Positions 39,234-49,074 of a stretch of 64,000 bases of DNA are shown here, one piece after another; position 1 is the first letter of the stretch, and every line of letters starts with the position of its first letter. This DNA comes from a virus (Duplodnaviria > Caudoviricetes). The notes under the pieces were generated by a model. It was not told where the DNA came from. It saw only the letters and a list, made by a program, of their open reading frames with translations, and did not search any database. The stretch is taken from the IMG/VR virus record IMGVR_UViG_3300025876_001969, positions 1,458-65,457 of that record. The stretch is one strand, 5' to 3'. The translations under genes and the position numbers were made by a program.

Positions 39234-40247
39234 ATGAAAGATAAAACAGGAGAACTTTTAACAGACAACATCGCCGGAGTAAACAGAATTTTACCCCACA
39301 AACATAAATACGCATGGGACCTATTCCTTAAGAGTTGTGCAAACAACTGGATGCCCACTGAAATATCTATGCAAAATGATATAGCCCAATGGAAGAACAA
39401 TGAAATTACAGAAGATGAGAAATTACTTGTTAAACGATGTCTTGGATTTTTTGCTGGAAGTGAGTCTCTGGTTGGCAATAATTTGCTTTTGTCCGCTTTT
39501 CGTTATATTACAGACGCTGAGTGTCGCCAGTATATATTGCGTCAAGCTTTTGAAGAAAGTCTTCACAACCTAACTGTTGTATATATATGCGATAGTCTTG
39601 ATTTAGAAATTGATGAGGTTTATGCGGCCTATCAAAATGTTCCAAGCATTAAAGCTAAGGATGACTTCTTAATGCAGATTACTGATGATATTAGTTCTAA
39701 TGACTTTAACTCAACTAGCATTGAGGGCAAGCAGGCCATACTAAGAAACTTCTTAACCTATTGGATTATATGCGAAGGTACTTTTTTCTTTAGTGGCTTT
39801 GCTATGCTTCTTGCGCTTGGTCGTCAAAATAAATTACAGGGTGTTTCTGATCAGATTAAATATACTTTGAGGGACGAAAGCTCTCACATTGCATTTGGAA
39901 CTTATCTCATCAATACTTTAATTGATCAAAACCCCTCTATTTGGACTAAAGAAATTCAAGAGGAATTCATTGAACACATTAAAAAAGCAGTTGACCTTGA
40001 AATTGCTTACGCAAAAGATGTTCTTCCCACTGGAATACTTGGGTTGAATGCAGACATGTTCGTAGACTATATGCATTATATCGGCAATAGACGCTTAGAG
40101 GCCATAGGATTAGATTACAGGTTCCCTAGTGATAAGAACCCATTCCCTTGGCTAGGAGAGGTTGTTGACGTGCAGGCGATGGGTAATTTCTTCGAAAGAA
40201 GAGTTCGCGAGTATCAACAAAGCGGCTCTTTAGAAGACGACTTTTAA
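39234..40247 (+). CDS. nrdB: ribonucleotide reductase beta subunit, class Ic-type (no radical Tyr)
   Basis: 'NNWMP.EI', 'LGFFAGSESLVGNN', 'FEESLHNLTVVY', 'EGTFFFSGF', 'RDESSH', 'NFFERRVREYQ'. Confidence 0.95.
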   Translation: MKDKTGELLTDNIAGVNRILPHKHKYAWDLFLKSCANNWMPTEISMQNDIAQWKNNEITEDEKLLVKRCLGFFAGSESLVGNNLLLSAFRYITDAECRQYILRQAFEESLHNLTVVYICDSLDLEIDEVYAAYQNVPSIKAKDDFLMQITDDISSNDFNSTSIEGKQAILRNFLTYWIICEGTFFFSGFAMLLALGRQNKLQGVSDQIKYTLRDESSHIAFGTYLINTLIDQNPSIWTKEIQEEFIEHIKKAVDLEIAYAKDVLPTGILGLNADMFVDYMHYIGNRRLEAIGLDYRFPSDKNPFPWLGEVVDVQAMGNFFERRVREYQQSGSLEDDF

Positions 40248-40260
40248 ATTCTAAAAAGCG

Positions 40261-40318
40261 CCTTGGAGATTCTGTTTATCATCTTGTTTGATCAAGATTC
40301 ATGTTTTCATCTTCAAGG
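40261..40318 (+). ncRNA. structured element copy 2 (unknown family)
   Basis: CCTTGGAGAT/ATCTTCAAGG 10-bp stem, 10x10 loop, inner hairpin ATCTTG-N6-CAAGAT. Confidence 0.55.
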
Positions 40319-40366
40319 AGTTTAATTTTATTGGATATATAGCTTGCATGTAGTGTAATTTACATA

Positions 40367-42904
40367 GTGGCATGCAGTCGTATATATATATTATCTAGCG
40401 TAAGTGGAGAAACTGGAACTCTTCGCTATATATCCAGTGAATCAATATCAAATTCTCACAGAGTAACCACTTCAGAGATTTATTCCACAAATGGTAATAT
40501 AACGAATCTAAGTTCTACTAACGCAAAAATTTATGACTCAGAAAGTTTCCACAAGGGTTATAAGAATTATGCAATTAACTATGAGTATCCAGAAACAACA
40601 TCTAGTAGTTCTTTTTTTTACTCAAGCAAAGAGCCATATATTTCAGGCGAATCTTCCGATTTTATTGGCGAATCCATAAAACTTAATGATGACGGAAAAG
40701 TTCTTGCCGTAAGCTCTCCTTCTGGAAATGGCCTTGTTAGAGTTTTTTCTTCTGATGGAGACTATTGGGAGCAGCTGGGTGCAGATATAGAGGGTGCTTT
40801 TCCTGAAGGTCTAGGCTCCTCTATAGATTTAAACAAAGAAGGCGACATGTTAGCGATTGGGGTTCCTTTTGCAAATCTAAATTCAGGTTTAGTTAAAATT
40901 TATGACTGGGATAACTCTTCCTGGATTGCTAGAGATCCATCTATTAGCGGGAAATCTATTGAGAATTTTGGCTGTTCACTTTCCTTAAGTAAAGACGGCG
41001 ATCATATTGCAATTGGCGGAGTCTCAGCCAATCTAAATTCAGGTATTTCTCGTGTTTATAATTGGGTCAATGGATCGTGGAGCGAAATGGGCAACGGTGT
41101 TAGCGGAATTTCCGATGAAGAACATTTAGGCTCTGCTATAGATATATCTACAGATGGGCAAACCATCTTGGTTGGTGGATCTGGAGATGATGGCGGCAAT
41201 GGGCTAGTTAGGTCTTACCATTATAGCGGAGCTGCTTCTAGCGGACTGCTAGGTGGATTGATTTTTACCTCAAACGAAGAAGATTCTTCTTATAATGACT
41301 TTTCTATTTCAGTTTCTCAAATAGCTGGAGGCACAACTGCCCCTAACGCACCGACTCCAGCTACTGTTGCCTATAATGCCCCAGCGAATCTAATCGTATC
41401 TGCCGACATAAACAATGGGCAAGCCACAAATAGCGGTGTAGCAATCAATCTATCCTCCCCCGCAAATTCCGCTGAACTTTCTTCCGCTGGCTTTTCTGTA
41501 TCCATGGCTAGCGGTCTAGAATTGGATCCTATAATATCTTCCGGGCCGACCCTAACAGAGGGTGGTATCGATCCATATTGGAACCAATTAGGTCAAACTA
41601 TTAATGGGTCAAATAATGAAAAATTTGGATCCTCCGTAAAAATGCGTGATTCACATTATTTTGCAGCAGGAGGGGTTGAGGGAAATAACGGAGATGGATC
41701 TATACGCGCATATGAATTTCACAGCACATCAACCGTAAATTCGTGGAATCTGCATCAAAACTTACCTAGTGGCAAGAATTTTGATCTTAATACTAACTTC
41801 AGTATTCTTTCTGTGGGTCACCCTGAAGCTAATCTTGGGAGTGGTTTGTGCAGGACTTACGGATACCACTCAGATTGGGAGCCAATTGGACAAGACCTAA
41901 TGGGTGAATCACAAGATGAAAGATTTGGTAAGTCTGTATCTCTTAATTCAAATGGTTCATTTCTTTGCAGCTCCGCCAATCTTTACGGCGTAAATAAAGG
42001 ACTAGTTCGCGTGTATAATTTTGATTATATTGCTGATTTAAATTTAAATTCCACAAGAGTTACCTCAGAAAAACTTAATCTGGACTATTACAAACTACCC
42101 ACATTTGACCCTTTGGTTATAGGGGACGTATGGAGATCTGAGGGCGACTTTTTAAAAATTAGCGCGGGATGGAGTCCTGCTGTCATCAATACGCTTGCAT
42201 GGTATGATGCTGCAGATGCGTTCACTATAACCTCTTCTTCAAATATTATTAGCGAGGTCAAGGATAAGTCTGGAAATGGGTTAAATTTAACAGTGATAAC
42301 CCCTGGAAGGACTGGCCCAAAAACAGGAAGAAGGACACTCAATGGATTAAATGTCATTGACTGGGACGAAGACAGACAATTCCTTGAAAATCTTAACTTC
42401 TCTCACGATCAAGCGTCGACCCCCTTGTTTATAGCTGTGGTATTTAAAGCTGATGTAGATGGTAATCAAGATTTTATTTTTGCAGGCACGACATCATCTG
42501 CAATTGGTGATAGGATGGCGTTAAGAAGATTCAACACAAGTAATGGTTTTCAAATTTTAGGCGGTAGCGGTACTGGCACAAACATAGCTATGGATTCCGG
42601 TGCGGACACAGTATTAGAGGGCGAGACCTATATAATTCTTTCAAAGTTGAATTCATCGAACTCACAAATAAGAATAGATGGACATTTTAAAAATACTGGC
42701 AACATAGGAACCAATCATTTAAATTCTATAAAATTAGGCGGAAATGCTATTGGTGGCTCAAACCTAGAAGGTTATGTTGCTGAATTTATTATTTTCTCAG
42801 ATATAGGTGAACAAGAAAACATAGAGGGCTACTTAGCTCACAAATGGGGTCTTACTTCAAAATTACCAGCAGATCATACCCATAAAAACAATTTAGCTTT
42901 TTAA
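40367..42904 (+). CDS. virion protein: FG-GAP-like propeller repeats + C-terminal LamG/ConA-like domain
   Basis: Repeats 'G.S..L..dG..LAvG.p..N...G.V..Y'. C-terminus 'AWYDAAD..VKDKSGNG..GYVAEFII..IEGYLAHKWG'. GTG start after a GTGTAA motif. Confidence 0.7.
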   Translation: MACSRIYILSSVSGETGTLRYISSESISNSHRVTTSEIYSTNGNITNLSSTNAKIYDSESFHKGYKNYAINYEYPETTSSSSFFYSSKEPYISGESSDFIGESIKLNDDGKVLAVSSPSGNGLVRVFSSDGDYWEQLGADIEGAFPEGLGSSIDLNKEGDMLAIGVPFANLNSGLVKIYDWDNSSWIARDPSISGKSIENFGCSLSLSKDGDHIAIGGVSANLNSGISRVYNWVNGSWSEMGNGVSGISDEEHLGSAIDISTDGQTILVGGSGDDGGNGLVRSYHYSGAASSGLLGGLIFTSNEEDSSYNDFSISVSQIAGGTTAPNAPTPATVAYNAPANLIVSADINNGQATNSGVAINLSSPANSAELSSAGFSVSMASGLELDPIISSGPTLTEGGIDPYWNQLGQTINGSNNEKFGSSVKMRDSHYFAAGGVEGNNGDGSIRAYEFHSTSTVNSWNLHQNLPSGKNFDLNTNFSILSVGHPEANLGSGLCRTYGYHSDWEPIGQDLMGESQDERFGKSVSLNSNGSFLCSSANLYGVNKGLVRVYNFDYIADLNLNSTRVTSEKLNLDYYKLPTFDPLVIGDVWRSEGDFLKISAGWSPAVINTLAWYDAADAFTITSSSNIISEVKDKSGNGLNLTVITPGRTGPKTGRRTLNGLNVIDWDEDRQFLENLNFSHDQASTPLFIAVVFKADVDGNQDFIFAGTTSSAIGDRMALRRFNTSNGFQILGGSGTGTNIAMDSGADTVLEGETYIILSKLNSSNSQIRIDGHFKNTGNIGTNHLNSIKLGGNAIGGSNLEGYVAEFIIFSDIGEQENIEGYLAHKWGLTSKLPADHTHKNNLAF

Positions 42905-42934
42905 AATATTCTCTTTTAACTTATAATCCATTAA

Positions 42935-43471
42935 GTGGATGATTATAAATCAAAATTATTAAGAAAACTAAAAGCTAAATGCTCTGAACTCAACGGCGAG
43001 TTATCGGAAGTTAACTCTATATACGAAGAGTCAGTTCCCATATTTTGTTCTGAGGTTTGTGATTATTGCAGTAGAAACGACCTACAAAACCCACTAGAAA
43101 AACTCAAAGAAGATAAAGAAAAGAAGGGTGAGCCTGAAGTTGCTCCCGAGTTTAAATCCTTATACAGAAAGATAGCAATCGAAACTCACCCAGATAAAGT
43201 CGCCAATAATGATAAAAAACTAGACGCATACCAAGAAGCAACAGAGGCAAAAAAAGAAAACAAGATAGACAAACTAGTCTCAATAGCTAAAGATTTAAAA
43301 ATAGACTTGAATAAAATGAAGTTCTCAGACATTAAACATATAGAAGAGAGCATAATCAAAACTGAAAAGACTATATCTGACATCAGGAATAGTTACGTAT
43401 GGCTGTGGGCCTTCTCTTCTAAAAAAGAAAGGGGAGATATTATAGTAAGATTTATACTCAATAATGTGTAA
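42935..43471 (+). CDS. J-domain (DnaJ-like) protein
   Basis: 'FKSLYRKIAIETHPDK..YQEATEA' flanked by coiled-coil segments. TATAAT lies just upstream. Confidence 0.75.
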   Translation: MDDYKSKLLRKLKAKCSELNGELSEVNSIYEESVPIFCSEVCDYCSRNDLQNPLEKLKEDKEKKGEPEVAPEFKSLYRKIAIETHPDKVANNDKKLDAYQEATEAKKENKIDKLVSIAKDLKIDLNKMKFSDIKHIEESIIKTEKTISDIRNSYVWLWAFSSKKERGDIIVRFILNNV

Positions 43472-43690
43472 TCTAACTAACGATGCTCTGTACGATTTCA
43501 ACTATTTTTTATTTTTCTCTAGTTCTTTCGGATTTTAAATTAATTAATAATTCATAATTTACTGTGCTTAACTTACTTTATGGATCACAATGGCCTTATT
43601 AATTATAAAAAAAACCGCCAAATTAATAGTCAAAAAACTATCAAAAATGGTAGTTCATCAGGTCGTCGACCCTCCAGCTCCATCAACTTA

Positions 43691-44332
43691 ATGATATCTT
43701 ATTTTAAAAAAAAACTAAATAAAGCCAAAACAGCATACGAAAATAAAAGCCTTCAAATATTAAAATACCTAGATAGAGAATTAAACTACGAACAATCACT
43801 TAAATACTATACTGAACAAGACAAAATAAAAAAACTAACAATGGAATACAAATCTTACAAATTTGAAAACGAAATCCATAGCCTTAGCTCCATGCCGGAA
43901 ACAGCTATCGAAGAAATAATAAGAATCAATAAAAGGATTACCGAGCATACTTGGGGAGTTATTCTCGAGGCCGACAAAGTTAGTGATATTAATGTTTATA
44001 TCGCGCAAATGAATAAAGTTCAAATCAATGCGAGAAAAGCTAATTTCTTTGTGGTTACCGACTCAGAAGATATTCTTTTAAAATTAAATGATGTGTTTAA
44101 CTGGATGAATAAGATTTTTTACATAGTTCCAAATACATACAATCACAACATAGATAAACAATACAGAAATAGTATAAATTTTCACTGCTTAAAGCATCTT
44201 GAAAAGCACGTATCCACTCCAGAATCTGTGCACATGAACATGTTAAAAGAAATTGGAGGCATACAAGTTACAGTGCCTAATCAAAATCGCGTTTTCTGTT
44301 TTAACTCTAAAAGATTAGTTCCAGGATCATGA
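43691..44332 (+). CDS. hypothetical protein, degenerate fucosyltransferase-like C-lobe
   Basis: 'FFVVTDSED'. Start is uncertain (43580 vs ATG 43691). Confidence 0.45.
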   Translation: MISYFKKKLNKAKTAYENKSLQILKYLDRELNYEQSLKYYTEQDKIKKLTMEYKSYKFENEIHSLSSMPETAIEEIIRINKRITEHTWGVILEADKVSDINVYIAQMNKVQINARKANFFVVTDSEDILLKLNDVFNWMNKIFYIVPNTYNHNIDKQYRNSINFHCLKHLEKHVSTPESVHMNMLKEIGGIQVTVPNQNRVFCFNSKRLVPGS

Positions 44333-45258
44333 AAAGAATATCTTACATATTAGTTTCCAGAAATGATAATTACAATGGCGATTCGGTTGGCCGTTGTGTC
44401 AACACAGTTAATCATGCCTGTGAAATCATTGCAAAGAATAATGTTATTGATCAATCTGAAGTCGTACTGGTTGATTGGTGCTCTCGTAGCGGCTCTTTAA
44501 AGGAGTCTATATCCTCTAGATTGGCTCCAGAAGCTAAAGGTCTACTCAAAATAGTTACCGTGCCACCTGAGGTAGCTGACAGGCACCAGGGAGACTCTCC
44601 ATTCTCAGAGGTTCACGCAATGAATGTTGGATTCAGAAACATGGAGGGTAAACATTTTGCGAGAATTGATCAAGACACCTTGATAGGTCAAAGGTTTATG
44701 GATTGGTTTTATCACGAGTATGAAGTTAAAGACTATGGTTGGAGCTGGCCAAGGGCGGCATTTTGCAGTCGCAGAAACTTAAGTGAAGACCAATCTCATC
44801 ATTCTGTTTTTAGGGATTATATATACGATCAACAATTATCCAGGAAGGTTGATATTTGTCACGAGCACAATCACTATAGCCGATTAATGCCAAACGGCGA
44901 AGTTTTCCCTTTTTATGGCGGTGCAGTTGGTGTTATGATGGTTGACAGGGAATGCTACCTGGAACATAAAGGCTTTAATGAAAAGCTGGTCTACATGAAT
45001 AGTATGGATACAGAGTTCCTTAATCGTATTGCGGCGAAAGAAGATATATATAATTTATGTTTATCAATAGATGCTGATTTTTATCATCAAAATCATGACA
45101 GATCCGAAGGAGCATCCAACGATACCACGCAGCCTCACGCACAACAAGAAGGGGAGCGCAAGACCAACGACCTAGATATCAGAAATAAAATGATAGATAA
45201 CCCAAACCCAGACAACTGGGGCTTGCTTGACGAAGATTTAGAAATAACCATAGTATGA
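44329..45258 (+). CDS. GT2/GT7-like glycosyltransferase
   Basis: 'SRNDNY', 'LVDW', 'MNVGFR', 'IDQD', 'GFNE', 'YHQNH'. Confidence 0.7.
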   Translation: MKRISYILVSRNDNYNGDSVGRCVNTVNHACEIIAKNNVIDQSEVVLVDWCSRSGSLKESISSRLAPEAKGLLKIVTVPPEVADRHQGDSPFSEVHAMNVGFRNMEGKHFARIDQDTLIGQRFMDWFYHEYEVKDYGWSWPRAAFCSRRNLSEDQSHHSVFRDYIYDQQLSRKVDICHEHNHYSRLMPNGEVFPFYGGAVGVMMVDRECYLEHKGFNEKLVYMNSMDTEFLNRIAAKEDIYNLCLSIDADFYHQNHDRSEGASNDTTQPHAQQEGERKTNDLDIRNKMIDNPNPDNWGLLDEDLEITIV

Positions 45259-46106
45259 GTAACGTAATATATATTATCAACAACCTACCGTCTGATACGG
45301 ATTTCGCAAATCCAGGCTATCAAGATGTCGCTTGGGTACCGCACTGTTTAAAGTCGCTAGAAAGATACGCATCAAAGATAAACTGTGATCTTAAGATTAT
45401 CTCAATGAATGACTTCCCTGCATTCAAAGAAATAGATGATTACAACTTCAGCTTCTACCAGAAGAGCACCTTCATTAAGATTTTATTCTTGCATGAATTC
45501 ATGAAGACTAGCTATGATAAGTTTGCGCTTCTTGATCTAGATATGGTCGTTAGCAAAGACGCTACGGACATTTTTGAAACTTACGAAGAAAACGATTTCG
45601 TCATGGGTTATGGATTTCACCCAGCAGTTGTTCAGAAGAATGAAATCTTCCTTAAGAAATACCTAAAAAGCATACCAGAAGATGAAAATGTATACTGGCA
45701 TAATGAAAAAACCAACAGGGATATACCAAAATACAATTTAAATTTAGGATGTTACGTTATGGGGCGAGAAGTTGTACGGAAAATGACAAAGGTACTGCCC
45801 GACCAATACAGCTTTGTTGACTTCTTAAAGCATCATGGGTTGATAGATAATCCAGTTCTAGAAGTACTAGGAGAGAGAAAAGATTTTATTGATCAAGATT
45901 TATATGCATACGCATACACAAAAACAGATATACTTAAAGAGCACAAACCATTAGATTGGGTGTGGAACGCAAATTACCAAGCTTGTTTTCAAAAAGGAGA
46001 AGACAATAAATCTTTTAATCTGTGCCATTTATGCGGAGAGGACGGAAAGCAATTCCTCCTGGACAACCTAAGCAACCCAGAAGTAATGGATAGAATTGAT
46101 GTATAG
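45255..46106 (+). CDS. GT-A glycosyltransferase (GT34/GT8-like)
   Basis: 'LERYASKINCD', 'LLDLDM', 'NLGC', 'DQD', 'WN', 'HLCG'. Confidence 0.65.
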   Translation: MSNVIYIINNLPSDTDFANPGYQDVAWVPHCLKSLERYASKINCDLKIISMNDFPAFKEIDDYNFSFYQKSTFIKILFLHEFMKTSYDKFALLDLDMVVSKDATDIFETYEENDFVMGYGFHPAVVQKNEIFLKKYLKSIPEDENVYWHNEKTNRDIPKYNLNLGCYVMGREVVRKMTKVLPDQYSFVDFLKHHGLIDNPVLEVLGERKDFIDQDLYAYAYTKTDILKEHKPLDWVWNANYQACFQKGEDNKSFNLCHLCGEDGKQFLLDNLSNPEVMDRIDV

Positions 46107-46785
46107 TCACGAACATAAATTTATATACGTTCACATGCCCAAGTCTGCAGGAACTTTTGTAAAGCATTATTTGCTTTCCAATATAGAGTCAGATTATGCA
46201 AAGAATCAAAACCAGCAGGATTATGACGACAAATATCATGTGACCTGCGAAAGAGCTCTTAATGCTATCGCGCAAGATGTGCCAGATTACGAAGATTACT
46301 TCAAGTTCACAGTTGTTCGTAATCCATTTGATAGAGTCGTATCAATGTTTTCTTATCTTGGCGGATGGAAGTTCGATTATTTTGTTGAAAACAATATAGA
46401 ATCACCAATGATGCCTTATGTTCAGAAATTTCACCAGTATTACATGTCTGATGATTTTGATGGTTTTATTAAATACGCCTACGAAGAAAAAGCTATTTTA
46501 AAATTTCACGCTGGATACTATGAAAACTATGTTGACCGCATAAAAATTAATGGAGATATTGCTATTGATAAGTTTTATAAAATGGAAAACATAGAAGGAT
46601 GTCTTGATGCATTAAAAGATGTTTTTGGCTTCAGTAGCTCCTCTGGGTTCGATGACTGGCGAAAGAATAGCAGCTCCGAATACAAAAAGAAAAATAGTTA
46701 CAGAGATTACTACTCTGATTACAGTCGTGAATATATAGAAGATCACTTCATTCGTGATTTAGATTACTTTGGTTATGGATTCTAA
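46096..46785 (+). CDS. sulfotransferase (Sulfotransfer_2 family)
   Basis: PAPS motifs 'HMPKSAGT' and 'VRNPFDRVVS', C-terminal 'DLDYFGYGF'. Confidence 0.85.
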   Translation: MMYSHEHKFIYVHMPKSAGTFVKHYLLSNIESDYAKNQNQQDYDDKYHVTCERALNAIAQDVPDYEDYFKFTVVRNPFDRVVSMFSYLGGWKFDYFVENNIESPMMPYVQKFHQYYMSDDFDGFIKYAYEEKAILKFHAGYYENYVDRIKINGDIAIDKFYKMENIEGCLDALKDVFGFSSSSGFDDWRKNSSSEYKKKNSYRDYYSDYSREYIEDHFIRDLDYFGYGF

Positions 46786-47575
46786 ATTTGTTATATTTGG
46801 TCAGGAGCGGGCTGGAACAACCAGTTTAATTTCCGCGTTGAATAAAAATGACAGAATAGTGCACGAGCCATTATCTTCACTCACAGGAGATCTTGAGCAC
46901 AACCCTAGGTATTCCCAAATAATTAAGGATCACAAGATGGATCCCAATAACTTACCTGAATCTAAAAACATTCCATACTTTAATAAATTTAACAATATAG
47001 CTGAAGATTATGAAAGACTCTGGAGTTTCCTAGACTCTCTGTTTAATACCTTTGACGGGGTAAAACATGTATGGTGTACATCCTCAGAAGAAGGAAATGA
47101 AAACTTCCTCTCCTACTGTCAAGCGCATGGTATAAAAATAATTTTCCAATATCGAGAAAGTGCTTTTGACCCTGCCGTTTCATGGCAACTCGCCAACCAA
47201 GTGCAAATTTGGCAGCTAGGAGAAAACAAAGAGCATAAGTCTACAGTGGATTCTTTTGATTATCAAGAATTAGAAGAGCCCCCCATAAAAAGAAGAACCG
47301 CCTGGTACAAAAAATACATCCCTCACTACCACTCCCTACTTCCGCCAAACAGTCTTGTCTCTAAATATGAAGACCTATACAGACTAGAAACATACCAAGA
47401 AAGGCTAGAGAAATTCAACTCGATAGTAGACTACCTAGACATCGAGATAGATGAAAATAATGTAGAAAACTTCTTGGGCACAGACAGAAGAGTATTCGGC
47501 AAAAAAGCCTATAATAAAATACCAAATTATCAAGAAATGTTTGATAAATATGGCCGTGAGAAAATCATATTATGA
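46775..47575 (+). CDS. sulfotransferase (Stf0-like)
   Basis: 'FVIFGQERAGTT', 'HEP', 'YRE..AVSWQLA', 'YEDL', 'IPNYQE'. Confidence 0.75.
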   Translation: MDSKFVIFGQERAGTTSLISALNKNDRIVHEPLSSLTGDLEHNPRYSQIIKDHKMDPNNLPESKNIPYFNKFNNIAEDYERLWSFLDSLFNTFDGVKHVWCTSSEEGNENFLSYCQAHGIKIIFQYRESAFDPAVSWQLANQVQIWQLGENKEHKSTVDSFDYQELEEPPIKRRTAWYKKYIPHYHSLLPPNSLVSKYEDLYRLETYQERLEKFNSIVDYLDIEIDENNVENFLGTDRRVFGKKAYNKIPNYQEMFDKYGREKIIL

Positions 47576-48435
47576 GCAAGTATTATTATTTCTCCTGGGA
47601 TGCTGGCTGGGGCGACACCATATGGCACTTAACTAATGCATTAATTCATTGCGAGAATTCAAAGCAAGATATGCTTATAGATTTGCGCGGCCACTGGTCT
47701 AGCAAAGGTGAAAAAAACCTATTCAATGAATACTTCTGCTCCATAGATACCGATATAAACATTATAACTAATGAAGAATCTATAGACCAATTAAAAAAAG
47801 ATTCAGAAAAACATACAAATAAAACTGTAAAAATTAAAAACCCCTTAAAATCAAAAGAAGACACCGAGTTATTCTACAACACCTTTTCTCGCATTAAGCC
47901 CAGTGAATCGGTGACTAACACCGTCAAAGATATAGTGCGCGAAAAATTCAAAGGTAATTACATGGTCGGAGTTCACGCTAGAATGTCGAATGGAGAAGTT
48001 AAGAGTCGATTTGAAGGGGCTCGCCCAATGAAAGACGCTGTATTGTTTTATAAAGAAAAGATCGACGATATACTCTTTAACGCTCCTCGTGCTTTTTTGA
48101 AATCCTGCAAGGATTATAAATTTTTTATAGCTTCTGACTCGAGCAAATTCGTAGACATATTCAAGGATCAGTTCCCAAATACCGTTTCAATAGATAGGTA
48201 TTTTGCCCCTCCAGGTTGCGGCACCGGTCACGAAATAGGTGAAGGCTCAACAGAGGAGCAGTTAAAATTAGAAGAAGTTTACGGCAAGACAAAAATAGCC
48301 AAAGAAGCTCTTGTTGATTTCTATTTACTACAGGAGACTAATTTTCTATTCAAGAACTTTAGTCGATTTAATGAGTTCTGCTTATACAAAGGCGTGCCAA
48401 ATTTTCATATAAATTTCCAGGAGAAGTGTTATTAA
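47572..48435 (+). CDS. NodZ/GT23-like fucosyltransferase
   Basis: 'AGWGD', 'GVHARMSNGE', 'FFIASDS', 'ALVDFYLL', 'SRF'. Confidence 0.8.
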   Translation: MSKYYYFSWDAGWGDTIWHLTNALIHCENSKQDMLIDLRGHWSSKGEKNLFNEYFCSIDTDINIITNEESIDQLKKDSEKHTNKTVKIKNPLKSKEDTELFYNTFSRIKPSESVTNTVKDIVREKFKGNYMVGVHARMSNGEVKSRFEGARPMKDAVLFYKEKIDDILFNAPRAFLKSCKDYKFFIASDSSKFVDIFKDQFPNTVSIDRYFAPPGCGTGHEIGEGSTEEQLKLEEVYGKTKIAKEALVDFYLLQETNFLFKNFSRFNEFCLYKGVPNFHINFQEKCY

Positions 48436-49074
48436 ATGATTAGTCACAGGTATAAATGCATCTTCCTTCATATCCCTAAAGCTGCCGGCACTTCAATTGA
48501 GCGGCTTTTATCTGGAGCCGACATAGATATACCCCAAAAAGTTCCAAGAAAACGTGGCTTTTCTCATTTTTTAAACGAGCACTTGGACTATTATGTCTTC
48601 TCTGTTGTTCGTAATCCATATGACCGCTTCGTATCTGCATGGAAATGGGGCGAGTTAAAATTCGAAAAAGAAGGCGGCCTACCATTCTATAATAAAGAAA
48701 GATCAGTATCGTTCGAGGAATATGTTCTACTAACTACTGACATCGATTACCGCAAAAACAATAAAAACTTATGGAGCGAATACGACGAATACCATACGCT
48801 GCCACAGTTTGAATTCTTCCCTCATTTAAATGGCGGTCATTATTTTACAGACACAATAAAGCCTGAATTTACTTGTGATTTTATTGGTCGATTTGAAAAC
48901 CTTCACGAAGATCTCAATGAGGCCTGGTCTAGTATTGGTATAAATCAGTTTGACTTACCTCATGCATATAATTCAAAGACGTTCAAAAAAGAAGCCATAT
49001 GGTCGAGTGAGTTAAAAGATAAGATGTATAATTATTACAAAAAAGATTTTGAATTATTTAATTACGAAAAATGA
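48436..49074 (+). CDS. sulfotransferase (Sulfotransfer_2 family)
   Basis: 'HIPKAAGTS', 'VRNPYDRFVS', 'IGRFENL'. Confidence 0.85.
   Translation: MISHRYKCIFLHIPKAAGTSIERLLSGADIDIPQKVPRKRGFSHFLNEHLDYYVFSVVRNPYDRFVSAWKWGELKFEKEGGLPFYNKERSVSFEEYVLLTTDIDYRKNNKNLWSEYDEYHTLPQFEFFPHLNGGHYFTDTIKPEFTCDFIGRFENLHEDLNEAWSSIGINQFDLPHAYNSKTFKKEAIWSSELKDKMYNYYKKDFELFNYEK

Noticed and set aside
43654-43662. CUGAUGA hammerhead core on the minus strand
   Set aside because: No suitably placed stem II, GAAA or stem III partner found.
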